A stretch of 64,000 bases of DNA. Origin: Octopus bimaculoides. Its lineage: Eukaryota. The translations under genes and the position numbers were made by a program. The stretch covers positions 9,446,308 through 9,510,307 of the forward strand of contig NC_068986.1 of NCBI RefSeq assembly GCF_001194135.2, read 5' to 3'. The notes beneath the pieces were generated by a model. It worked only from the letters and a program-made list of their open reading frames with translations, ran no database searches and was not told where the DNA came from. Position 1 is the first letter of the stretch, and each line of letters begins with the position of its first letter. Positions 26,195 through 38,770 of this stretch are shown here, piece after piece.

Positions 26195-27124
26195 NNNNNN
26201 NNNNNNNNNNNNNNNNNNNNNNNNNNNNNNNNNNNNNNNNNNNNNNNNNNNNNNNNNNNNNNNNNNNNNNNNNNNNNNNNNNNNNNNNNNNNNNNNNNNN
26301 NNNNNNNNNNNNNNNNNNNNNNNNNNNNNNNNNNNNNNNNNNNNNNNNNNNNNNNNNNNNNNNNNNNNNNNNNNNNNNNNNNNNNNNNNNNNNNNNNNNN
26401 NNNNNNNNNNNNNNNNNNNNNNNNNNNNNNNNNNNNNNNNNNNNNNNNNNNNNNNNNNNNNNNNNNNNNNNNNNNNNNNNNNNNNNNNNNNNNNNNNNNN
26501 NNNNNNNNNNNNNNNNNNNNNNNNNNNNNNNNNNNNNNNNNNNNNNNNNNNNNNNNNNNNNNNNNNNNNNNNNNNNNNNNNNNNNNNNNNNNNNNNNNNN
26601 NNNNNNNNNNNNNNNNNNNNNNNNNNNNNNNNNNNNNNNNNNNNNNNNNNNNNNNNNNNNNNNNNNNNNNNNNNNNNNNNNNNNNNNNNNNNNNNNNNNN
26701 NNNNNNNNNNNNNNNNNGGTATTTGGTAGACGGAAACTGAAAGAAGCCCATCGTATATATGTGTGTGTGTGTGTGTATGTTTATGTGTCTGTCCCCCCCC
26801 AAACATTGCTTGACAACCGATGCTGGTGTGTTTACGTCCCCGTAACATAGTGGTTCGGCAAAAGAGGCCAATAGAATAAGTACTAGGCTTACAGAGAATA
26901 AGTCCTGGGGTCGATTTGCTCGACTAAAGGCGGTGCTCCAGCATGTCCACAGTCAAAATGACTGAAACGAGTAAAAGAGTAATTCAAAAAAGTGTTTGGA
27001 AGAAGAATCTATTAAGTCATCTGCTGTATAGAAAGATGGAACTAGAATGATAATACATAATGTATCTCTGTTGCCATTCAGAAACTATTTCAAAGTCAGT
27101 TTACCATTCCTTATATTGTTTCAG

Positions 27125-27250
27125 GTGAATCCAATGTGTACACAATTGGTTTCATTGGAGAACACAAAGTTGTTTCAACTAAACTCCCCGCTATTGGTCA
27201 TGCAAGATCTGCTCAGATTTCTTCTGGAAACACCACAACAAGATTACTTG
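27125..27250 (+). CDS. Exon: nucleosidase domain (G-ESNVYTIGFIGEHKVVSTKLPAIGHARSAQISSGNTTTRLL-G)
   Basis: attgtttcag acceptor, TTG|gtaagg donor, phase 1/1; Y-x-x-G-x-I-G-x-H-x-V-V pattern of the PNP_UDP_1 fold. Confidence 0.92.
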
Positions 27251-27654
27251 GTAAGGAAAGAAGTTGGCTTTTTTTTTTTAATTATCCTTAAATTGTTAAA
27301 TGTATTTATTTATCCTGGTTACAAAAGTATAATTCTAACATTTTGTGTTAAACCTCTTTTAGTATTTGTTTTCTATATTGTTTTATATTATTACCTGTTG
27401 AGAATTATTGGTGGCACCAATGTAATAAGAAGCAAAACTAAGTTGTAATAGGAATTACAAAACCCTCAATAATAAGAACGAAGCAGCTTTATTTAATACG
27501 TGACAATGCACGATCATGTTTTGTTTCTTTCTATGAAAGCCATATAATGTTAATGGTGTTTAACATGAAAAAGACATTAGCTACAAAAGGTGGAGAGGAA
27601 CAGATTGAACAAGATGACGGTCTGTTGTTGGATGTGCATTGTTGATTCAAAAGG

Positions 27655-27900
27655 AAGATAATTTCATCATGATTTAGCATCCATTTTCCATGTTGACATG
27701 GATTGAACATTTTGACAGAAACCGACAAGTGGGACAACTGCACCAGTTGTCTGTTTTGGTGTGATTTCTACAGCTGGATGTCCTTCCTAATGCCAACCAC
27801 TTTCCAGAATGTACTGGCTGCATTTTTATGTGGCACCAGCACAGGTGCTTTTTATGTCGTGCCAGCATGTCTGGTTTTTACATGGCACCAACACAGCTGC
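27655..27900 (-). mobile_element. Family A tail copy
   Basis: tttctacagctggatgtccttcctaatgccaaccac. Confidence 0.75.
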
Positions 27901-27924
27901 TTTTTACATGGTGCAATCCATTAT

Positions 27925-28095
27925 ATACCAACCTGCCTGAAACTGTCCCTTGTTCTTTGACTCAATCTTGTTTTAAAGTGATCCAAATTAAAATCTTCCC
28001 TTGAAATAATGTTAATTTGTTCCAAAAACCAGATTAATACTGACAAAATTATTTTTGTAAATTCTTCATTATTTTCAAAATTAATTGAAACAAGG
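27925..28095 (-). mobile_element. Family P1 MITE fragment
   Basis: Reverse complement of the 4700-4922 internal sequence (caaaattaattgaaacaag, aaagtgatccaaattaaaa). Confidence 0.6.
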
Positions 28096-28967
28096 GTCAT
28101 ATCTTTCAACAGAAATACGATACTGAAAGGGTTATGGATGTTGAAGGCATTGCTCAGTGCCTCATACCAAAGACATTGGACAGTATTACGTACTGGTAAT
28201 ATTTTTTATGTTACCACATTCTATCTGGAAGAGTGCCATCTCGTAGCACTAGCCAAGACAGAGAACAGCAGATTCAAAAACAAAGCTATTTGTTTATGGA
28301 TTCCTTGAGGAATTGGCCCAGCATTGAGAAATATGAAAACATATTGCACTACAGATTTGTTCATATTTTCTATTTGAGAAACATACCTCTATCGATATTG
28401 TTAGGACAATGTTGAAGAATTCAGCAATATAAGGATGGCATTTCCAAAATAAATTAACACTTTTATTCCATTATTCTTTAATGAAGCAAAAAGGTAGTTT
28501 TACAAAGAATGGAAGTTCACTGAAATCAAGCTCTCTTCCATTTGTTTATGATGACCAGGACTATCTTGTTTATTTGTTAACAAATGAATGATTTTCTAGT
28601 CAGTTTAATTGCCTGAATGACTATAAATCAAGACATAAATAATTGTAATTGTGTTCAGCTCACTAATGAGAATTTATAAGTGATCAACTCATTGTTAGAA
28701 TAATGATCAAGGGTTAAATGTTTCATATCTTGTCACTTGTGCTGCCCTCTATATCTGTGATCGGACATTTAACCATAAATAGATACCCATGGGTAGATAC
28801 TGCTCACTCTACAAATTGATGAGGAAGCATCCATACAATCACACAAAATGCTAGAAAGAGCAACCAAGTATCCCTCAGACTTGATCCTACCAACATTAAA
28901 ATTGTATAACTGAATTGAGATATATAATGTTCCAGAAAAAAAATGTAAACTAGTAAATTCTGACTGC

Positions 28968-29517
28968 CTTAACCCATTTGATATCATTTTTCTTTTGAAA
29001 TCTGCTGCCTTTGTTTCAATTAATTTTGGAACTGAATTTAGTAAAATATCTTTTGTTGTTACTAAGCTGGTATTTGGAACACAATTCAATGAAACTTTGA
29101 TAGAAGATTTAAATTTAGATCACTTTAACCCTTTTGTTACCATATTTCTGTTGAAATACACAGCTTTTGCTTCAGTTAATTTTTAAATTATTAGACTAAC
29201 TGAAGACACAGTTCTTCAGAGCAGTTGTGTAATCTGTGCTTGTATATGGATCTCCAACTTGGACCCTCACCTAGAGACTCAGGTGCATGCTGGACAGTGC
29301 CTACACCAGAATGTTACGTGCAGTGCTCAACATCTCTTGGAGGGAGCACCCAACAAAACAACGGTTATATGGGAATGTACTGACTCTCTTGTCAACACTC
29401 CAAGAGCGGAGATTGAGGTTTACTGGCCACTGCTGGAGAAGTAAAGAAGAACTTGTGAGTAATGTGTTGCTGTGGACACCAAATCATGGTACCACAGCAG
29501 CTGGAAGACCATAGAGG

Positions 29518-29554
<37 letters not shown>

Positions 29555-29800
29555 ACAGCTTGCAGAAGATATTGGATGCCAAGTTGAAGACCTAAAAACA
29601 CTAATGGAAGATTGGGGGGGATGGAGAGGGGTAGTCAGGCTGGACAGGCAATTAGCTTGATTGGATGATGCCTTGAAAAAAAAAAAAAAAGACAAAGGAG
29701 TGTGTTGAGCATAAATTAACCTGGAGTTTTGATGAAAGGTTTTTATTTAGATCACTTTAAAATCGGCAATATCAGGTGGGCTGGTATCAGAAGGATTATA
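28968..29800 (+). mobile_element. Nested P1 MITEs (second copy starts TTAACCC near 29125), interrupted by a LINE fragment
   Basis: ttaaccc starts near 28969 and 29125; second copy resumes near 29700 after the LINE piece. Confidence 0.65.
29240..29660 (+). mobile_element. RTE-clade LINE 3' fragment
   Basis: LDSAYTRMLRAVLNISWREHPTKQRLYG..QERRLRFTGHCWRSKEELVSNVLLWTP..GRP is a typical RTE C-terminal RT-thumb sequence. Confidence 0.8.
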
Positions 29801-29953
29801 GATTCTTTTTGAAACTGTTGACACAAGGTTATATTATAGCAGGGCCACCCTCCCCTCCATCAAATCAGACAGGAAATTCTAGATTTCATCATTCCATTAA
29901 TTTGTATAACTACAAATCAAACCTCAAGTGCTATTAAGTAGCTGACACTATAC

Positions 29954-30034
29954 CAGTGGTACCCAACCTGGGGTCTGTGGATCCCTGGTTGTCCACAAAG
30001 GTAGTACTGGTGGGGTCCATGAACTAAATTCAAA

Positions 30035-30066
<32 letters not shown>

Positions 30067-30131
30067 AAGACAAGCATATTAAAAGGGGTCCATGGGAAAA
30101 TTCATTTAAATAAAAGGGCTGCGAACCACTG
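29954..30131. mobile_element. hAT-type MITE
   Basis: TIRs cagtggtacccaacc / ggctgcgaaccactg; 8-bp TSD cactatac / cactacac. Confidence 0.8.
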
Positions 30132-30915
30132 CACTACACAAAGTATTTATTTAATTCTATTATTATTACCTCATCTAAGAGATGGTGACACTGAATGAAC
30201 GGGGTGTTTTCACACCTTTTTTACCATCAGAGATATTTCTTTCTCCATGGTAACTGATGTGTATTTGCCTTTAGCAGTTGAAATATGTGACAAACATATT
30301 TCAGCTAACCTAAATTCTGCTCAAATTTTGTTAAGTTTTCTACCAGACCAATTACTAGTTGCATCCATTTCTGACAACAACAGTGTCAAGGGAGTATCTG
30401 TAAGTCAGTGTAGAACAAATACTATACAGGATATATTTGAAAGTACTGGATTTTAATTTTTTTTTTTTTTTCTGGTGATGTTTGTACCTTATTAACTACA
30501 CCTCACATCTAACTTTTTGTTTAGCTACCAAATAATGTCTCTACCCTCCATTCTTCCCAAGCAAGTCTCATAGTTTTTATGGCACCATCTCCTATACCAT
30601 TCCGTGATCATGTCATTTCCATCCATCTAGAACATTGTTCCATCCATTAACCTGGTCTGTGGTTCACAACTGATTGTTCCAGTTGTCTTCTGTCTTATAG
30701 GTCGCTACCTTACCTAATATTTCTTAGAAGCTACATCGGACTGAGGGATCTTTCAGCTTCCACACCATCTTTCTGAAGGTTGTCTTGTGCCTCCCCCACC
30801 CTAAGAGGTCATCAATTACTAATCTTTGTAGAGTGATAGTTTTCATTTAGGACAAGACTTAAGGTGCATAAGCAACTGTATGTCCTATTTCCTGGTGACT
30901 ATGAAGTCTATCTGG

Positions 30916-30946
<31 letters not shown>

Positions 30947-30956
30947 CTCTGAATAT

Positions 30957-31200
30957 GCAGGGCTGGTTGTGTGGTTAAGAAGTTCACTTCCCAAACACAT
31001 GGTTCCAGGTTCAGTCCCACTGTATGACATATTAAGCAAGTGTCTTTTACTATGTTTCTGGGCCTGAACCTTGTGAATGAATTTGGTAGTTGGAAACTGA
31101 AAGAAGCCCATTGTATATATGCATATATGTGTGTACACACACACACACAATGCATGTATGTGTTTGAGTTTGCATTTGTTTACATTTGCACATTTGAAAA
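30957..31200 (+). mobile_element. Family C SINE
   Basis: tgtgtggttaagaagttcacttcccaaacacatggttccaggttcagtccc. Confidence 0.75.
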
Positions 31201-31799
31201 TCACTAAGCTACAAGTGGTGATGCTGTTGTCATTACCCCTGTCAACAAATTGTTTGTTTGTTTTTCACCTTCAAAGATGTTATGGAACTTTTTAAAAAAT
31301 GCCTTGATTTTAAAACAGGAAAGGGTTCGTGACAAGTTCTTTTTGCACGTCTTTCTGCAGTAGAGTGCTGCCAAATCTGAATTCTGAGAAGGAGTAAAGA
31401 ATTGATTCCAGCATTTGACTGGCACTTTAGTTATCAACCCTGGATGAAAGATAGTGTTGACCTCTATTTGATTTGAACTCAAAGTGCATTTAACTAAAAC
31501 AAATACCACAAGGTGTTCTATCTGGCACCATAATAATATGAATTTCAACTCTTTATCTGAGCATTAAGGATGTGAAAACGGGGAAAACAGCAGAACCAAT
31601 AATGGATAGTCAGAAATATGCTATGTTGGACTTGTGTTAGATACTTAGATGCTATAGGGAGAGAGTGATCCACAGTAACTGGCATGATCATCATCAAATA
31701 TTAAAAGGACACCTGATGTAAAACAAGGCCCCGATAATAGATTCATCTAACCCATACTAGCTTAGAAAAATGAACATAAAAATAAAAGTATATATATAT

Positions 31800-32400
31800 A
31801 TTTGACTGGTTTCAATCCTTGGGTTTTAGTCAGACAAATTGACACCAGTTCTTATTTTTGAAGCCTGGTACATACTCTATCAATCTCTTCTGCCAATCTA
31901 CTCAGTTATGGGGATGTAAACAAACCAATACCAGTTGTCAAGTGATGGTGGTAGTCACACACACAAACACGACATACTTATCTCAGTTTCCTTCTACCAA
32001 ATTCATTCCCAAAGACTTTGGTTGACCCAGAGGTATAAATAGTAGACACTTACCCAAGGTGCTGTGTGGTAGGACTGAACCTAAGACCATGTGGTTGGAA
32101 AGCAAGCTACATATGGCTCAAATGATGCTAAAAGATGTTGCACTCTCCTGAGTACAATGCTTCTTGAAGCAGAAACAGCTGTAAGCTAATGAAAGTTATT
32201 ATGTAACTCCTGTTCTTTTGTCAATCGTATATGTGTGTGCACACATACACACACAGTTTCCATCTGCCAGAATCCACTCATAAGGCATTGGTTTGTCCCA
32301 AGTTTTATAGAAGACACTTCCTCAAAGTGTTCTACAGTGGAATTGAACCTGGAATTCTGTGGTTACAATGTAAACACAGTCATACCTGTTCCCATTTGCA
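31800..32400 (-). mobile_element. Two family C SINE copies (31800-32110, 32250-32400)
   Basis: ctaccaaattcattcccaaagactttgg..acccaaggtgctgtgtggtaggactgaacc. Confidence 0.7.
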
Positions 32401-32761
32401 GTGAGATCTATTTTACAACAGTTTTCTGCATTTAAAGCCAATACACCTGGCATCATTCCAAGCTGTCTTTTTAAGTGAATGCTTAGCTTTTGTTTTGCTA
32501 TCTCCCTTCTGCTGTATACTGTTACATGTATCAAATGTTGTTGTAAGGTTTACTGGTATTGAGCTTAGCTGTTATACAGAGGTTAGTCTGTACTGTTGAT
32601 GTAGATATTTACAGGAGTGCTTCATTTTCTCGGTTTACAAACATCCTGTAGTTAACAATCAGAAACTTGTTGTTTTATATCACACGTTTCAATATTAGAT
32701 ATCTGTGGACAGAAGATTGTCTAACACTCTACTTTCCTGTTGTTGTTATTATTAGAGAGTT

Positions 32762-33300
32762 TAAGGCAGTGAGATGGCAGAATCGTTAGCACGCCGGGCG
32801 AAATGCTTAGTGGTAATTTGTCTGCTGCTACATTCTGAGTTCAAATTCTGCCAAGGTTGATTTTGCCTTTTATCCATTTGGGATTGAGGAAATAAGTACC
32901 AGTTATATCACTGGGGTCGATGTAATCAACTTGCCTCCTCCTTGAAAATGTCAGGCCTTGTGTCTTCAGTAGAAAGGGTTATTATTAGAGTTTGTTGCTC
33001 AATTTGTTAAGGTGGTGAGCTGGCTGATCCATTCGCATGCCAGGCAAAATGCTTAGTGAAATTTCATCCATCTTTATGTTCTGAGTTCAAATGCTGCTGA
33101 GGTCGACTTCAACTTTCATCCTTTTTGGGGTTGATAGAATAAGTACCAGCTAACTAGCAGTTGTTTACATCAACCCCAGGTGCTCAACTAGGGCCTATTT
33201 TATTGACCCTGAAAGGATAAAAGAAAATTTTAATTACAGCAGAATTTGAACTCAGAACTTAAGGTCAGAACATTGATTCTGTGTTTCAGGACATATTTAC
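32762..33300. mobile_element. Cluster of three family M SINEs (+32762-32985, +33008-33150, -33160-33300)
   Basis: Repeated ttctgagttcaaat..aagtaccag blocks; the last copy is inverted. Confidence 0.8.
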
Positions 33301-34058
33301 AGCAACCAAAAGAGTGTCTCAACACCAGTCAGTGCTTATGTCAGGACAAGAACCAACAAACCCCTCTTGCTTCCTTGTCTACTACTCTTTCAACCCAGAC
33401 ATTTTCTTGGGTATGGTGGTCAGTTATGTTCTTAGAACAATCTGGATTCTTCTTCTCTTCTCTTCTCTCAGCTGTTTTTAACAAATCTGCAGAATTGAAG
33501 CATTGAGCTGACTTAACATTGAAACTGACTTTGTAATTAAAATACTGTGTTATTTTGTTTCCTATTGTCTTGTCGGGTAATTTATTGAGCATTTTAAAAA
33601 AGGCTAAGGGAGCAGACCCCTACAAAAAATCTGGAGGGAAGGGACCGTAAAGCAGATATGGTTATACTAAACCAATATCTGGCATCCCCTGAGGCTGTGC
33701 AGATGCCACAAACGTATTGACTTATCATTCTTTTATGGCATTTTCATGAGTGGAGACATGGTAAGTGTACCCAAGGCTAGGCACTTGCTTCTGGACACAG
33801 CCCAGGCACAGCAGAGCAAGTGCTTAACTTACTGGTCTCTCTAATACTACCAACCAAAATAGGAAATGGTCAATCATTATTTTAATGGGGGGGGGGGGTA
33901 AAAGAAAAAAAAATATTTTGTGTAAATTTTCTTTTTTCTTAATTCTTTGCATTATTTCAGCTTCTTCAAAAAATTTCAATTCATGGAATGTATTTTCTAG
34001 AATTTGTGAAAAGATTTAATGTAATGCAGATGTGTTTATTGACTTGTCTCTATTTCAG

Positions 34059-34804
34059 GTACATTCCAGAACATAGAGCATGTGTTTGTCGTCGGTGTTG
34101 CAGGTGGTGTTCCTTACTACACAGACTATTATAAACACGTTCGTCTAGGGGATGTGGTGATATCTCGAGGAGAAGACAGAGATGTCATCTATTATTATTG
34201 TGAAAAAATCATGAAAAATAAAAGTGGAGACTTGCAGTATATTCACAAGACATTTGCTCCTAAAGATAGTAGTTTACAACAAACAGCAAGGAAGATTGTT
34301 GAAACCAGTGCAAGTAATCCCGAATCAAAACCATGGGAACTCTATCTGGAGGAAGGTCAGAAATTATTGCAAGGTCAAGAAGTTCACTTTATGCGTCCAT
34401 CTTCCACTACTGACCGTCTTTATATGAATATCGGAGAAGATAACGTCATTGAAGTTGAACACCCACAACCACCAGAGGAGATTGCTTCCACTTTCGATTC
34501 AGACAAGCCGAGGGTTCATTACGGTGTCCTTGGTTCAGGCCGGCCTGTTGTCAAAAGCGATGCCATTCGGCTTGATTTTGCTGGAAAATATAATATCAAA
34601 GCTTTCGATACTGAATTTGATCAAGTTCTTGAGTCAATAATTGGCAATCGGAAAGACAGTTTCATGTTTATTCGTGGCATATCTGATTATACTGATGGCT
34701 CTAAGAACAAAGAATGGCAACCTTATGCTGCTCTTACTGCTGCTGCTTTCATGAAAACAATTATAAAGGCCTTATCCAATCCTTTAGTAGATGAAGATTT
34801 CTAA
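34059..34804 (+). CDS. Terminal coding exon: core of PNP_UDP_1/MTA-SAH-nucleosidase-like domain, stop TAA 34802-34804
   Basis: ctctatttcag acceptor; ORF 34082..34804; motifs VFVVGVAGGVP, RLGDVVIS, VHYGVLGSG, AFDTE, IRGISDY, KNKEWQPYAALTAAA. Confidence 0.95.
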
Positions 34805-35893
34805 ACTTTTTCTTTTTTTTTAGTTCTGTCTGCATGATTCCTTTTCAACTGACTCTTTTTAATCTTCTCCTAATTTTAAAATGCTCATTTTTTAATGCAT
34901 TCCATCTTTCTAAAGTCTCCTTTGATAATTTCCCTGATCCATGCAGCACGTTAAGGAAAAACCTGACAAAATAAATCAAGTAGCTTTCCTATAATTATGG
35001 TCTGCAGTGCTAAATTTTCTTTAAACAAAGTGTTGAGAAAAAAATACAATAAATATTTTTGAAGTTATATTATTTTTTCGAGATTTTTTTTTTCATTGAA
35101 TTCAGGCTTGTTTCAATAAAATTTGGGAAATAATTTATATCTTGCTAAAATATTCCTAAATAATTTTCAATTTTGTTTATTTATCAAAGCATTCTAAGTT
35201 TATGATTAAAGAGTTAATTTCATTTTTGAAATAATTTTTCCCATTTATTTATCCAGGTATGAGCTTATTTTTTAATTCTTTGTATCCACAAAGGAAAAAA
35301 AACAGTTTAACACAAAACCTTAATTGATTTAAGAAAACTATTGATATTTGTTTTTGTTAGTTTGACAAAATTTTTGGAAATGCAGTAATTTTTCATTATC
35401 GTTAAGCCTATCATTATTTGTTAAGCCTATATATTTTGCATAACTAATTTATGCTGTCTGTTGTTTTACTTATAAATTTCTTCCTTAAACTGTGGCGCAG
35501 CTAAAAATCATAAAGTATTTGAGCAAATGGACATTTTCGATTGCTATTAAAATACATCACACTCTCACACTTGTTATAATAAGTCTTCCATGCTGTGTGC
35601 CCTAAAACCAGGAAAAGGTTTCATAATTTCCAATTTATTGATTATCTTAAACGATGGCAACTTGGAGACAAAGTGAATATAAAATAACTTGTTGCTGGGA
35701 TAATGAATTATAAGATATCAAATTGGTTCAATTTATACAATCTTTTTCTTTTTACCTTTTTAAAATGAAAATTCAGTTAAATTGTAATCATGATGGTGAT
35801 AATGGTCTCTCTTTAGATTTCAAGTATGTGCTGATAGGCTGTGAAAGAATGTGACAAGAAACTCAGTTTTAACTGCTTTTAAAAATATATATA

Positions 35894-35939
<46 letters not shown>

Positions 35940-38253
35940 NNNNNNNNNNNNNNNNNNNNNNNNNNNNNNNNNNNNNNNNNNNNNNNNNNNNNNNNNNNNN
36001 NNNNNNNNNNNNNNNNNNNNNNNNNNNNNNNNNNNNNNNNNNNNNNNNNNNNNNNNNNNNNNNNNNNNNNNNNNNNNNNNNNNNNNNNNNNNNNNNNNNN
36101 NNNNNNNNNNNNNNNNNNNNNNNNNNNNNNNNNNNNNNNNNNNNNNNNNNNNNNNNNNNNNNNNNNNNNNNNNNNNNNNNNNNNNNNNNNNNNNNNNNNN
36201 NNNNNNNNNNNNNNNNNNNNNNNNNNNNNNNNNNNNNNNNNNNNNNNNNNNNNNNNNNNNNNNNNNNNNNNNNNNNNNNNAAGAAAATTTTCAATTTAGA
36301 ATTATACAATATCTTCTGAAATGTATTTAGCAAGCTGCGCCAAAGATTGACACAAAGGAACTAATCCTATCCAGGTGGTACCCACCGTTTGTTTTAGTCT
36401 CTAAGTTGATTCACTTTAGTAATTTAGACATCAATAAATATTTGTTTCAATTTCAGAACTTCTGTTTAATTTTGTTCAATAAATTTTATCAGTCAGTTAT
36501 GTAAAGTTATATTGGACATGAAGTAAAACTGAACTTAGTTTTTATTGCGACTTTCTATCAAATAATCTTACTGTTCAAAACAGTGTTTTTTGAGCGCACA
36601 AAATTACTTAAGAAATTCCAAACTCTATTATATTTACTGATCTTGAAAATGTTTGATTTCTCTAATTCTATCAGACTTGTGATGAAATCTGCCTAAATCA
36701 CAAAAGTATACCTTGTAGATTATTTCACACATTTTATGTCTAATGGTGTGTGGAACAAAATTCAGCTACTGATAAATGATTTTCTATTCTTACTAAAATA
36801 AACGAAAAGTTATATATTTATTGTGTGTGTCTGTCTATTTTATCATCCAAAACCCCAAGAGCATTCAATACATGTTTATAGAGGTAGCAGTAGTGTGTAG
36901 AGTTTAATCTCTCGGTAGAGTATCCGGGATTTCAAACCTACTTTAACAAGGTTTTCTATAGAACCAGCAACCTTGTCTGGGAACCTGACTCATCTGTAAT
37001 TGAAATGAGAAAAGAAGATAACATTTTAAAAATTATGATGGATGTCATTGACTGGTCATGCATTATTTCTGATGCGAAGTCTTTCATCTTGTATTGTGCC
37101 AACAATTTTCTTTAAAGTTTGGAAGAAAGAATTGAAACATGTTGCATCATACCAAACATTTCAAATTTTTGGATATTTTTCTTTTAGAAATTGGGTTGGG
37201 TGGAAACTATGGAATTTCCTTTTGAGACCAAGTCATTAACATCTTGACTCATCTCTAAATGTTGATCTATCCAAGAATTCCCTTTGTAAAGTTCATATTT
37301 CTCTTGTCATCTCTTTGATTTCTAAATCAATTTTAAGAACACTGTTTTTCTCAGCAGCATTGACACAATGTATGCTCTGTGACTCTTGTATAGTTGGTCA
37401 AAGTTAAACACTTTTTTTTTTAATATTCTCTTTCACTCAATAAGACAAGGTTGACTGTACAAAACCATTGAGTATGTGTTTACAATCCTAGTTACACTGA
37501 AATATTAGTTCTGTTCATAGTACCAACTTTTCCCTTTATTTATGAAATATTAATCTCAATCTATGTATAACATAAATCAAAGAAAATCGAGGTTTCTTTT
37601 TGAACCACAAAATATTATTTGAAATATAAATACGTCTAATGATGATGTCTTATACATAAAGTGTAAATCATGGGATTTTAAGATGAAAATGGATTATCAA
37701 AAATACTTTTTTTTTTTTTAAAAATTTTATTTCCCCACTGTAAGCCAAGTTTGAAGATTTTGGGGAAAACCTGTTTGTATTCATCTTTTAAAGAGATTTT
37801 AAATATATTACTGATGATATACCATGGATTTAAAAAAAAAATTTTTAAGAATTTCTTCTCAATCTTGCCTCGGACATTAAGATAATCATCAATAATTTAA
37901 TGTTGGCTGATTATCTTAAAACAATCTACAATCAAATAAATCTTTGTAAGATTTTTTTTGTTTCTGTTTTCAATAAAAAAAAATTACAATCAGTAACACT
38001 AGTTACNNNNNNNNNNNNNNNNNNNNNNNNNNNNNNNNNNNNNNNNNNNNNNNNNNNNNNNNNNNNNNNNNNNNNNNNNNNNNNNNNNNNNNNNNNNNNN
38101 NNNNNNNNNNNNNNNNNNNNNNNNNNNNNNNNNCACACACACACACACACACACACACACGTGTGTGTGTGTATACACACAAATATATAATATTTATTTT
38201 AGACGATGATGTATGAAATTGCACTTTTATAAAAAAGAACTTTTCAACTGCCT

Positions 38254-38284
<31 letters not shown>

Positions 38285-38717
38285 CTGCTGTATTCATGTT
38301 GTTAGAGCTAGAAAGGCAACATAAGTGGTTTGTTTGTTTTTCCCCTTGTTCTCTCTCCCATCTTGAAAACCCTTCTTGGTTTCATTGATATACAAGAGTT
38401 ACATTTTTCTTTTTTAATTCTTGAAATGTTTTCATCAAAACTTAGTTTGCTGATGTCTTTTGCCTGGAAACCAAAACCCATCTTTTTGCTGTTCAGTGGG
38501 AACTTTAGTTGTTGCCTTGCATACTTTGTCTTGCCTCACCCCCACCCCCACCCCTATATTTTTCTCTGCAACCAGACACTACACCAACTGATATATTGTT
38601 ACTCAAATGTTCTTATTGATTTGGAAACTGTCCTTTTGTTATTTTGCCTCTCTCTTTGTACAACTTCCACTACTGTCTGCTGTTTTATCCATTATTTCAA
38701 TTCTCTGCTCTGCTTGT

Positions 38718-38770
<53 letters not shown>

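Larger units (their letters stand above)
25713..26985 (+). mobile_element. Family C SINE split by the Penelope-like insertion and a gap
   Basis: Head at 25713-25900; resumes at 26718-26985 with a duplicated ~58-bp segment. Confidence 0.85.
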
